From Octopus vulgaris (lineage: Eukaryota): a stretch of DNA of 64,000 bases. The notes below the pieces were generated by a model. It searched no databases. It had not been told where the DNA came from and saw only the letters and a program-made list of their open reading frames with translations. The position numbers and the translations under genes are program-made. Shown in pieces: positions 29,131 to 40,922 of the stretch (within the stretch, counting starts at the first letter, position 1; every line of letters starts with the position of its first letter). Where the stretch lies: positions 2,170,001 through 2,234,000 of the forward strand of contig OX597815.1 in assembly GCA_951406725.2 (NCBI GenBank), in the 5' to 3' direction.

Positions 29131-29688
29131 TGGTGGCTTCCCCCTCGTTATCGAGTTTGGCCATTACACGAAGCTTAATCAATGTTGTTATCGTACAATG
29201 CCTGTGCAAGAAGATTTTTTTTAAAGTGAGGAAAGGCTGTGCACTGAGTCAATCCCACTCATTAAGCAACAGAAGCCATAATCCGAAGAGAAGAACAAGT
29301 CAACATAATCGGTAACCACTGAGCCGCAGGTTTTATATCGGAGTTATCCTAGTTACCTGAGTTACCTTCTCCTAGAAGGATGCCCTAACAAAGGTTAGGA
29401 GTCCTTCACTCACAATGGTTTAACCACGCGATCGGGTATTCAGTCCGATTATTTCTATGTCCCCGCGCATGATACAGCCTTAACACATTTATTGGATGGC
29501 AGTTGACTCTCAAGAGTTCCTCCGCCCTTTGAGGGGTTTTGTTCTTCATCCCGCAGGGTGTCCAATAAACACCCTCCTCACCAAGCAAGCTTGGTGGGGT
29601 TGCCGGTTTAGTCGCCGACGACCCGACCATGCAACAGGTTGTACTGGATTACATGTTACCAGTAGCACTCGAAAGTGACCTGACATAA
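29131..29688 (-). mobile_element. Structured non-coding element resembling an RTE-LINE 5' UTR, between (CATA)n tracts
   Basis: Multiple hairpins; GGCATCCTTCTAGGAGAAGG...TAAAACC resembles RTE 5' UTRs as I recall them; AGGCTGTGCACTG is shared with about 34333, upstream of an RTE fragment. Confidence 0.55.
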
Positions 29689-30362
29689 ACATACATACAT
29701 ACATACATACATACATACATACAAACATACATACATACATACATACATACATACATACAAACATACATACATACATACATACATACATACATACAAACAT
29801 ACATACATACATACATACATACATACACACATACATACACACACACATACATACATACACACACACATACAAACATACATACACACATACATACATACAT
29901 ACATACATACATACATACATACATACATACATACATACACACATACATACATACATACATACATACATACACACATACATACATACATACATACATACAT
30001 ACATACAAACATACATACATACATACAAACATACATACATACACACATACATACATACATACATACATACATACATACATACATACATACATACATACAT
30101 ACAAACATACATACATACATACATACGTACGTACGTACATACATACATACATACATACATACATACATACATACATACAAACATACATACATACATACAT
30201 ACAAACATACATACATACACACATACATACATACATACATACATACATACATACATACATACATACATACAAACATACATACATACATACATACGTACGT
30301 ACGTACATACATACATACATACATACATACATACATACATACAAACATACATACATATATAC
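29688..30362. repeat. (CATA)n microsatellite of about 670 bp
   Basis: Read directly from the sequence. Confidence 0.98.
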
Positions 30363-30606
30363 ATAAATGCTTATCAATATAGGATTTCATTATAGGGACA
30401 ACTCTTCTGTGAAACAATCGTAAAATGCTTTAAATAATTAATTCAAAACTTTTAAATTATCAAATTTATTTATACATTTATATATTTTTATATTTATTAA
30501 TTTATATATATTTTTAATACAATAAGTATTTTCACAAGGGTATATCTTTATGATGAGTTTGGATATTAATTTCTTTATATTAATAATAATAATAATAATA
30601 ATAATG

Positions 30607-30657
<51 letters not shown>

Positions 30658-30699
30658 TATTATTAAAAAATAAATGTATATGCATACATATGTACATGC

Positions 30700-31100
30700 G
30701 CAGAGGAATGTACCGTTATAGAGGTCAGCTGCCCTGCAGATATAAATATCTCTTTAAAAATCAAAGAAAAAGAGGACATCTCTGCTTCGAAACCTCCAGT
30801 TTCTATATCCAGACTATGAATTCATATTCATACCAATAATAATTGGAGCACTAGGTTTTGTTAATAAATGCTTAAAGGAGAATCTGGATAAACTGGGATT
30901 TTCAAAAAGAGAAACTGACCGGCTGATTCGTACATTACAAGTGCAATCTGTGAGTGGAACAATAAAAATATGCAAGACTTTTCTCAAATTCCAAATGTGA
31001 ATTCGTTTGTGTTAACTACATCCCAAAGATGGAGCCTTGTATCTTTGTTGGAAACCGGCTCTCTCCTCAGTCGAGGATTATAATTGAAAAATAGAAGAAC
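30700..31100 (+). pseudogene. 3' end of the RLE LINE (same family as 12425-13212)
   Basis: TVIEVSCPADINISLKIKEKED...FIPIIIGALG...SGTIKICKTFLKFQM*, then a 3' UTR and (CATC/CATA)n. Confidence 0.85.
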
Positions 31101-31454
31101 ATCCATCCATCCATCCATACATACATCCATCCATCCATACATACATACCCAAGACATCATAAAGAAAAGTGAAGAATTATGCATCTTCAAAATTTGTTTA
31201 TTACAATATTATTCTCCTTATGTTCCAATTTGACACATGTTTCTACTGGATAGGTGTTCTAATATCCTTTCATGTAGCATCCATGTACATGTAGCTGATT
31301 CGGTTGCAGTGCACATGCATCCAGGGTAGACATTCCTATGCAGCCTTGTTCAAGTGTTTACTCATTCGGATGGGTGAAGCGAACTCTCATTCTGGGTGAT
31401 GGGGTCATAAAATCTTAGGGTTCAGGACAGTAAAGCTTGCTTTGATATACGATA

Positions 31455-31628
31455 TACTTTTCTACTCTAGGCACAAGGCCCGAAATTTTTGGGAGGGGCC
31501 AGTCGATTAGATCAACTGGTTCTTAATTAACCGACACCAAAAGGATGAAAGCAAAGTCGACCTCGGTGGAATTTGAACTCAGAAAGTAAAGACAGACGAA
31601 AAACCGGTAAGCATTTCGCCTGGCGTGA
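31455..31628 (-). mobile_element. SINE related to family B with an alternative tail
   Basis: AAAGTCGACCTCGGTGGAATTTGAACTCAG is shared with family B. Confidence 0.7.
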
Positions 31629-31682
31629 TACAATATGGCTGTAATTTTGGTGTCATTTCAACCTAGAATGATCTTTTAGAAG

Positions 31683-31742
<60 letters not shown>

Positions 31743-31743
<1 letters not shown>

Positions 31744-32066
31744 AAAGACACCTGTTGTTAATGTCCTGTTGTTTCCATTTGTATTTGTGTACCACTTCTA
31801 CGGTTTTGTCCGTCCTTGTTTTCGTATACATTCGCTGCTCTCTTCCAAGGAATCTAGTGCTCTTAGCTTAGATCTTCCTTGGGGCTAGCCAGATTGGAGC
31901 AGTCTCGAATATAACCAGCCGAAACTGCAAAGATGATTTGGAACTTTACTGACGAAATAAAACTCCGAATGACACGTCCTTGTTTTTTCTTGTCCCTTTT
32001 TTATATCATCTGTCTGTCTGAATGTTTTGTTGTCTCCTGTTGTGTTCTTGTCCCATTTTTTGTATT

Positions 32067-32068
<2 letters not shown>
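31743..32068 (+). mobile_element. Short (TA)n-embedded cassette, family H3
   Basis: Homologous to 50970-51255 (CCAAG.AATCTA.TGC...TAGCTTAG...CCTTGGGGCT.GCC...CAGCCGAAA...CTGA.GAA). Confidence 0.65.
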
Positions 32069-32122
<54 letters not shown>

Positions 32123-32125
<3 letters not shown>

Positions 32126-32325
32126 AGAGTTTACGAAAAAAAAAACAAAAGACGAAGACAGGTGGTGTAGAAAACAAACAGATGTATTAGTATAACGCTT
32201 GGGAATTGAAAAAGTCTTTTACGTTTCGAGCCTACGCTCTTCGACAGAAAGGAACACAGAAAGAAACAAGGAGAGAAACAAGAAGAGAATAAAATGTGTG
32301 TAGTGGCTAACGATCTATCATGGCA
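32123..32325 (-). mobile_element. H1 hammerhead cassette, best-preserved copy; motif 32216-32251
   Basis: Minus strand reads cttt-CTGTCGA-agagc-gtag-gctc-GAAAC-GTA-aaag; (TA)n on both sides. Confidence 0.75.
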
Positions 32326-32342
32326 ATATATATAATATATAT

Positions 32343-32404
<62 letters not shown>

Positions 32405-32724
32405 GCATGTGTGTATGTGTGTTGAGTGTGCGTGTTTATGTTGAATATTGTAACTGTTGAAGTGTTTGTGGTTGTACATACAACACATGCACACACGCAT
32501 GTAAACCAGAATGGATACATTCATATACTGGAGTGCTTAGACGAGCCGTAAATTACTGAAGGTATGGAGGGAAGTGGTCACGGCAGGATTGTCTTTGTTC
32601 ATGAATTTGTTCGATTAGAGTTGATTTGGACTAAAGCTCAACAACAACAACAACAACAACAACGACAGCGCATTGGATTATAACTACTGACAGTAGTATT
32701 TGGTAGTGGAATTCGCGTCCACTT

Positions 32725-32778
<54 letters not shown>

Positions 32779-33351
32779 AAGTGGGAGGAGGAAAGACAGA
32801 GAGAAAGAGAGCGACTCCCACCTCCAATAGTTGTAATGGAAGCTGATTGAGAACAGGATGTATTTAAGAGATTAGTGGTAACTCATGTTTGATTGTCTGA
32901 TTACAAATGGAGAGACAATTTCCGTTGAAGACGCTACGCACAATCTTGAGATTTCGTTTACAAACAGAAAAATATTCAAATGAATCGGGAAGCAACGATG
33001 ATAATTCTCTCCACCGTATCTTCGTGGGTTTCATCTCTCTCAATTACGTCACACGAAAATTAAGTTATCTTAGAAAAGCGCCGATGGTTTTGTTTCGTGT
33101 TCTTCTTCCATGGAACTGTGAAAGTTTGGCTGGATGAGTCACCGATATAGAAAAGGAAATGAAGGAAAAAGAAAAAAAAAGGGAAAAAGAAAAAAGCAAC
33201 AGATAAAAAAACAGATATACAACCTGAGGAAATTAACAATTTTTGTAGTATTGATAAACAGGTGTTAACATACACGCACATAAATATGTGTATATACATA
33301 TGCACGCATACATACATATCTACATGCATACATACATATATACATAATACA

Positions 33352-33385
<34 letters not shown>

Positions 33386-33404
33386 CATTCATACTTGATT
33401 CATA

Positions 33405-34105
33405 CATGATGGCTGCCACTTCTTCACAGAAGACGGCCATCTCTTCAATTAATAAATACTGTCATGAGATCTTATATGACAAGCAAGTCCTGCAGATCTT
33501 ACAAATATTTTTAAGCAGAAAAGTGTCTGGGATTGTAGCTAAGTCCTGTCTACGAAGTGCTCGTTTCAAGATAGATTGCTCGATTCTTGGAGCTTCAAAT
33601 TCTTTACATCTATTGTAGATTATTTGTTTCCAAACCGATCGATCATGCGTCATCTGCTCCTATTCTTCAACTTTCCCATTAAGAGACTTATGGTTGTTTT
33701 TGACTGCATCCCTAAAACTTTTCTTAGATTTATGTCTCGGACGTTTTCCAGGCTGCAACTTCCCGTAAAACAACTGCTTTGGCAACCTGTCATCCTGAAT
33801 TCTAGCAAGATGCCCAACCCAACGCATCTGACTGCGTATGTGGGTCATTTCAATACTGGATGTGTTAGCTTGCTGAAGAACAACGGTGTCTGGTGTTAAA
33901 GATTTCCATTTGATGTCTAGTATTCTCTTTAGGAAAGCCTGATGGAATATTTCTAAAGCCTTGATGTGGCGCCAATATGTCGTCCAGATCTCATGAAAGG
34001 GCAGGACGACCGTTAAAATGAAAGATTCATAGGTTTTGAAGGTGATACCTCTATCAGACCACACACGATTTTCAAGCCTTCCAAATGCTTTGCTAGCTTT
34101 TTCAA
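33405..34105 (-). pseudogene. RTE (BovB-like) LINE 3' fragment
   Basis: IEKASKAFGRLENRVW...FHQAFLKRILDIKW...MRWVGHLARIQDDRLPKQLFYGKL. Confidence 0.9.
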
Positions 34106-34181
34106 TACATACATACATACATACATACATACATACATACATACATACATACATAAATACATACATGCATGCATGCATGCA

Positions 34182-34213
<32 letters not shown>

Positions 34214-34681
34214 ATAAAAATTTCTCCAAGACACCTCTCCACAGCAACCCACCTTAAAACCTTAATTACTATTCCATTCAAACCCACACACACAAGCAAG
34301 ATTATTATTATTTTAATTGGGACAGAGCAAAGAGGCTGTGCACTGTAGTTTCACTCATCCGTTCAGGAGATGTTAACATAATGCTGGAGATTAGAGAAAA
34401 ATGCCATCATTTATAACGAATTAATGAGAAATATACAGCGACTTCACTCAGACAATAACTTCGGCTCTTTCCATATATGGAAACTATTGGGTTACTTGGA
34501 CTGTCTCAGCGTCAATCTGCAGAAGTTGGTCTTCAAAAATCTAGAGAAAACACGGCTAATTAGGTAATTAGTGTTCATAAAGCAACTCTGTAGATATTTA
34601 AAACATTTCAGAAATTTAGTAAGTAACAATTGTATGTACACACGTGTAGGCATGCTAATATTGTGTGTGTACACACATACA

Positions 34682-34724
<43 letters not shown>

Positions 34725-34868
34725 ACAAACGTACATAAAGACATACATACATGAATGCATACGTACATATGTATATATGAATCTGCGTATGTATGTATAT
34801 ATGTATGTACGTATGTACTTACATATGTACATACATACGTAGAAACATATATACGTACATACATATAT

Positions 34869-35484
34869 ATTTCTTTATTGCCCACAGAGGGCTAAACATA
34901 GAGGGGACAAACTAGGGGACTAAGTCGATTACATCGACCCCAGTAATTAACTGGTACTTATTTAATCGGCCCCGAAAGGATGAAAGGCAAAGTCGACCTT
35001 GGCGGAATTTGAACTCAGAATGTATCGTCAGCCGAAATACCGCTAAACATTTCGCCCGGTGTGCTAACGTTTCTTATTTCTTTATTGCCCATAAGGGGCT
35101 AAACGTAGAGGGGACAAACAAGGACACACAAAGGGATTAAGTCGATTACATCCCTAGTGTGAACTGGTACCTAATTTATCGACCCCGAAAGAATGAAAGG
35201 CAAAGTCGACCTCGGCGGAATTTGAACTCAGAACGTAGCCGCAGACAAAATACCTATTTCTTTACTACCCACAAGGGGCTACTCACAGAGAAGACAAACA
35301 AGGACAGACAGACGGATTAAGTCGATTATATCGACCCCAGTGCATAAATGGTACTTAATTTATTGACCCCCGAAAGGATGAAAGGCAAAGTCGACTACGG
35401 CGGAATTTGAACACAGAACGTAGCGGCAGACGAAATACCGCTATGGATTTCGCCCGGCGTGCTAACGTTTCTGCCAGTTCGCCG
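34869..35484 (-). mobile_element. SINE family B tandem array (three bodies)
   Basis: GGATGAAAGGCAAAGTCGAC...GGCGGAATTTGAAC occurs three times. Confidence 0.85.
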
Positions 35485-35547
35485 ACTTACGTACATACAT
35501 ATATGCATACATACATACATGCATACATACATACATACATACATACA

Positions 35548-35581
<34 letters not shown>

Positions 35582-36051
35582 CATACATACATACACGCAT
35601 ATTTTCCAATAAAAAAGAGATTGACAAACGCGACGCTCTAATACAAGAAGACGTCCGAAGGCGCCGCTCTGCAGAATAAAATGAACATTGAACAAAGGGG
35701 TTACAAGGGAAGCTTTCTAACCACATAGCCTTATCTAGCTCTTAAAGCGTTTCAACCGTGACCTTCTCTTAGAGTATTAAAGATTATATTGTCTGATACA
35801 TCCTTCGTTGGTTAAAAAATTGCGGTGCTGAAATTCGAGGGAGATTTCGCTATCATTTCTAACCGATTGAATACAACGCAATTTCGCTTTTAACTCGTTT
35901 ATATTCTTTAATGGGACAGGACTGTGTTGTCGGATTAATTGTCCCCAGTACATGACTGGTATCCACATCATTGATCAAGGAAGAATGAAATAAAGCAATC
36001 ATCCCTGGTTACACGAAGGGCCACAGCTAAATTTTGCACAATAGCCCGACC

Positions 36052-36293
36052 GTTACTATAGTAACATAGCATTGGGTGGACTCTGTTGTCACCATAGTAA
36101 CCTTTTGTTGTATAGTTTTCAACCGTTTCTATAGTAACATTGTGTAGCATGGTTCTCTGTCGTTACTATAGTAATACGGCGTTGGGGATCTCGCTATCGT
36201 TACTATGGAAACACAGCTGCGTGGATTTCTAGCTTTCTGTTCTTACCATAGTTACAAATTGTGTTTTGGCTCTGTGCTTGTTACTATAGTAAC
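36052..36293. promoter_or_regulatory. Array of seven 14-bp palindromic RFX X-box-like motifs at a period of about 37 bp
   Basis: GTTACTATAGTAAC 36052, GTCACCATAGTAAC 36088, GTTTCTATAGTAAC 36125, GTTACTATAGTAAT 36162, GTTACTATGGAAAC 36199, CTTACCATAGTTAC 36242, GTTACTATAGTAAC 36280. The repeats are certain; RFX binding is inferred. Confidence 0.6.
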
Positions 36294-37123
36294 AGTTTGG
36301 CGTGTGGTTGTGAATCGCACGAGCGCGCACACACTCGTACACGCACATACACACACATACACATATGCATACGCGCAAAACTACACATGCGTACACGCAC
36401 ATTTGCCCGCATTCACGGGTGCGCTTATACTCTCTATAGACATGGGTGCATACATACACGCATATACACATCAGGCATACGCAAATATATATATGCACGT
36501 ACACACGCGTACAGACATACACCCACACACACACATGCATGCACACGTATACATACAAGCATATCCATCCGCAGGCACGCAAGCGCTTACACGCACGTAC
36601 GTAACCCCTTAGCCAGAGAAACCCACCAGACACAGCGTCTTGTGACATACGGCGGTGCCATAATTAATCCCGTGATTGGTGAGAGAGAACCGTTATTGTG
36701 TACGGAACATGTCTATGAAATGTTGTCATCTCCGAGATAAGATATTTATCAAAAGACGACACACAGACGAGCAGATGTTGGAATACATGACCAGAGAAGA
36801 TAGCAAGAGAGTCATACTTCTTATCATCAGCGGTTCACTTTCGAATGAGAACGGCCATCTTCCACCGCTTACTTTCAGCGCAGAATTCCTAAAAATTCTC
36901 GTTATTGCTGATTAAATTGATATTTATTATTGCTGTTATTGTTGTTGTTAAAAGAAATCATTATTATTATTAAAATAAAAAGAAATCATCATTATTGTTG
37001 TTGTTGTTGTTTTTGTTTTTATTAGATTGTTCTCCATGTTTATGGCCCTTGTGGCCAATAAAAGATTCAGATTTGTTTTTGAAGGGAGAGCCCGGTGTAG
37101 CACATCCATGTTGTTGCTAGTGG

Positions 37124-37275
37124 TCTTCTTCTTCTTCTTCTTCTTCTTCTTCTTCTTCTTCTTCTTCTTCTTCTTCTTCTTCTTCTTCTTCTTCTCCTTC
37201 TTCTTCTCCTCCTCCTCCTCCTCCTCCTCCTCCTCCTTCTTCTTCTTCTTCTTCTTCTTCTTCTTCTTCTTCTTT
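37124..37275. repeat. (CTT)n/(CCT)n microsatellite
   Basis: Read directly; adjoins the 3' end of the minus-strand LINE. Confidence 0.95.
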
Positions 37276-37279
37276 CATT

Positions 37280-39352
37280 TTATCCCAGGTTTTGTTAGAA
37301 CTCCTGGTGTATTGCATGCGTAGCGGGCTTACTACCTGCAACCTACGGCACCTTGCTATCTGTTCTTTTCAACTAATACTCTCTTGACTATTCTGGCCGT
37401 GCCAAGGAGGCAAATCTTTTGTTTCATTTTTATTTTCCCCTTTGCCTGGTGGCTGTAGCGAAAGAGGTTGTTTGGTGGACAAGGCTGAAAGGCATGGGGA
37501 CAGATACATTCCTCTTTGGTAGGGCTCTCATTGACTTCGTCAAGTTTCACTTGAAAAGGAAAGTAAGAGTGAAGAGGGAAGCGTTGTCCTCGAGTGAGTT
37601 TATTTAAGGGTGGGTGAAAGTTGCGAAAATGGCAAGAGTGGATGGTACCTCTTTAAGAGTCAAGGAACTGGGGAGGGTACTTGCTCATAGGATTTCAGAG
37701 AAATTTCGGACCGTGGGGTTCCTCGATTATCCCTAGAAGTCTTCCTCTATCAGGAGATCCACATCTCTATCATCCTCCCCACCACTTTTTTAACCTTTCT
37801 ATGTTATGCATACTTTTGCAGTGTATACCGTGTATACGTACTTTCTTTCTTTCCTATTTTTATCATTTCATTATAGGTAAACCCCCACACTTTATGTCTG
37901 TTTTTGTATTGCCCCACCTCAGTTTGGGTTTTGCTGGTATCTGAGCTTGGTAGCAATCAGCTCCTTTTGCTATCATTCCTAGGGTACCTATGACAACAGG
38001 TATTGTTTTAGACTTGAGGTTCCACATTTTGTCAATTTCTTTTTAAAGATCTTTATACATGCTCAGTTTTCGGTAGGTCTTGACAGATAGATTAATATCG
38101 ATTGGGACAGTCATATCAATGAGGACGAAGGATTTTTGTCTGAAGTCATTCAATACAATGTCTGGCCTGTTTGGCCATCTATCTCTCTGTCAGTTTGAAA
38201 GATAAATGAAAGATAGATGGTGAAGTTCCAGTGGACAGAGATGTAATCATTTTCAAGCACTGGAGGTGGTTTGTGTTCCCACCAGTTTTTATCATGGGAC
38301 AGGTCCAACTTTTCGCAAATTACCCAGTGAATATATTATGCTGCTCTACCATGCCTGTTGAGATACTCTGTAGGCTCAAGAAGACTTCACCTGGAGACAA
38401 CATGATCAATGGTTTCATTTTGTTGTTGACCTACACGTTGGGCAGCTGCCATTCTTTAATATGCTGGCCTGGTAGTTCCTCGTAGGTAGGCATTGATCTT
38501 GGGCTGCTATGATAAGCCCTTCTGTTTCTGATTTCAAGCCATACGCCATTAGCCATTGATGGGTAACCATGGATGGGCATTATTAGTTCTCTCTGGGTAT
38601 TTGCCTTTGAGAGAATTTTCTTGCCATTTATCATTCAGAATATCTAAGGCAGCAGTTTTAGGACGGGTTTTCATACGCTTAGCTTTATCTGTGCTTGTTT
38701 CACTAGAAATGAATTCAGGAATTTGTTGTATTTGGAATTCACTTAAATATTCCTTTGCCTGTTTTGTTACTGAGTATGATGCTTTCTTGTTTTCATGTTT
38801 TGAGACAAGTTTTAACAGCCAGTCATCAGAAATTTTCAGGTAGGTGTCTTGGTCAATTGTGGCAATCTTCATTGTTATTGCCAGTTGTAAAAGTCCATGG
38901 CCTCCCTCTTTTCTTGGCAGATAAAGTCGTTCTGTATCTGCCTTAGGGTAGTGCATTCTATGCATTGTCAACAATTTTCGTATTTTTCTGTCAAGATTAC
39001 ATATTTCAGTAATTGACCAGTTATCGTTATTGAAACTGTAGGTCACGACTGGTTTGGCTAAATCATTGTCTGCTTCGATCCTGTTTCTTGCATCCAGCTC
39101 TGTCTTGAATATTGCTCTTACTCCGCAAAAATATTCTCTTCTGATTCTTTTCCTCATCACTGAATGTTTGATTCCGTTCCCTTCAAATAGCTACAGGTAT
39201 TTGTAGCTTTCTGCTGGTCAAGATTAACGTTAGATGTTTCTGTCATTTTTCCTTTGATAAAAGTAGCTTTTGCACATTTATCGAGCCCAAATTGCATCCT
39301 CATGTCATCACTGAATTGTTTAACAATCGTTAGTAAGCCCTTGAGTTGTTGG

Positions 39353-39393
<41 letters not shown>

Positions 39394-40700
39394 GGTCATT
39401 TGTTTGCAAAGAGCTTTAAATCATCCATGTAAATGAGACGATTTATACTTTTATCAAACATTTTATAACCGTACTGTACATCATTGAGTAATTTCGAGGG
39501 AGGTATTAAGACTAGACAAAAGAGAAGTGGTGATAGTGAGCCACCCTGGAAAATGCCACATGAAATTATTACACCACCAGCATTAAGAGATTCATTGTCA
39601 CTGTTCAAAGTCAGTGTGGTTCTCCATGATCTCATACTTACAGGCGAAAAGTTTCGCAGAGTAGGTGCTATCTTATACATTTCCAGACATTTCTTAATCC
39701 AGTTACGTGGTAGACTATCAAAAGCTTTTTTATAGTCTGTCCAGGCTATTGACAAGTTTTCGTGTCGTTTGTGACAATCTTCTAAGATCATCTCATTGAT
39801 GAGTAACTGATCTCTACAACCATAGAACCCACGTTTACATCCCTTTTGCTCATTAGGTAATATGCTACTTTCTATTAAAACAACTATAGGGATATTCAGT
39901 CAGAACAGATATTAGCGTTTTATACATTGTTTTTAAGCAAGTTATAGGGCTATAATTTTTTGATTTTCATATATTTTTTCTTTAATTTTCAGGTTTTTGT
40001 AGGTTTTTATGGTCTTGTCAAACTTAAGGTTTTTTTTAAACATTCAGTCAGACCTAATTAGCTGAATTTGGTGTTGAATACACTCTTGCCAAGAAGGCGT
40101 CTTTGGGAATGTTGTCGTTTTCTAATCTTTTCACCGCAAAGAATCCTTGAGATTTTTGTGGATGCATAGTACAGGTGGTTGAGATTTGTAATATCAACAT
40201 CTTTAGCTGAAATATATATCCTTAAGTGCAAGGCAAATTTTACCAATTATTTTCAGATTTTGGTTAGAGTTGCGGATTTGGGGGAGAGTTCCGGGTTCAT
40301 TCACACTGGTTTCTTTAATTTTCAGCCATTCAATTATGATTTGATTTTTTAGATCATGTAGTTCTGTTGGGTCAATTTCTGTGTGACTTTCATTTTCATC
40401 TGCCTTAGTGTTTATGGTTGGTTCAGAGATTAATTCACTTTGCTTTATTGCATTTTCATCAGCCCTGGGCTGGTTTATAATTATTTCTTCTGTAGTATCT
40501 TTTCCAGCTTCGTTCTTTTTATCTTTTAATGATTGTTTAATTTGGTCAATGTCTGCTTCAGTTAGTAATTTCTTTTTCAGAATGTTTCTTCTGACGTTGA
40601 CAAGTTTGTTACTGTCTACGTAGGGTCTTACTTCAATGTGTTTCTGTCTCCAGTTTAAGTAGGTTTGTACAGTGTTAGATTTATTTGTGGGGAAATATAT
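37280..40700 (-). mobile_element. Decayed, near full-length R4/Dong-clade LINE (RT, zinc knuckle, restriction-like endonuclease)
   Basis: [75 protein letters not shown] and QKICLLGTARIVKRVL; many frameshifts. Confidence 0.9.
37440..37915 (+). mobile_element. 3' fragment of a Tx1/L1-like LINE nested in the R4/Dong element
   Basis: CLVAVAKEVVWWTRLKG...FHLKRKVRV resembles the Tx1 ORF2 C-terminus, followed by a pyrimidine-rich UTR; it interrupts the RLE tail. Confidence 0.55.
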
Positions 40701-40734
40701 GTTGTTGTTGTTATTATTATTATTATTGTTGTTG

Positions 40735-40766
<32 letters not shown>

Positions 40767-40857
40767 GTTGTTGTTGTTGTTATTATTATTATTATCATTA
40801 TTATTATTGTTGTTGTTGTTATTATTATTATTATTATTATTGTTGTTGTTGTTGTTG

Positions 40858-40912
<55 letters not shown>

Positions 40913-40922
40913 CATCATCATC
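40700..40922. repeat. (TTA)n/(TTG)n microsatellite
   Basis: Read directly from the sequence. Confidence 0.95.

Noticed and set aside
32810-32880. CCAAT plus TATTTAA promoter-like arrangement (also a YY1-like AAGATGGCG at about 63414)
   Set aside because: Short motifs expected by chance; no associated gene.
35600-35679. Peptide with dibasic sites (DKRDALIQEDVRRRRSAE) resembling a neuropeptide precursor
   Set aside because: No acceptor site or signal peptide; the ORF begins inside a SINE and microsatellite.
36052-36293. CRISPR array
   Set aside because: The repeats are only 14 bp and degenerate, the spacers are mutually related, there are no cas genes, and the context is eukaryotic.
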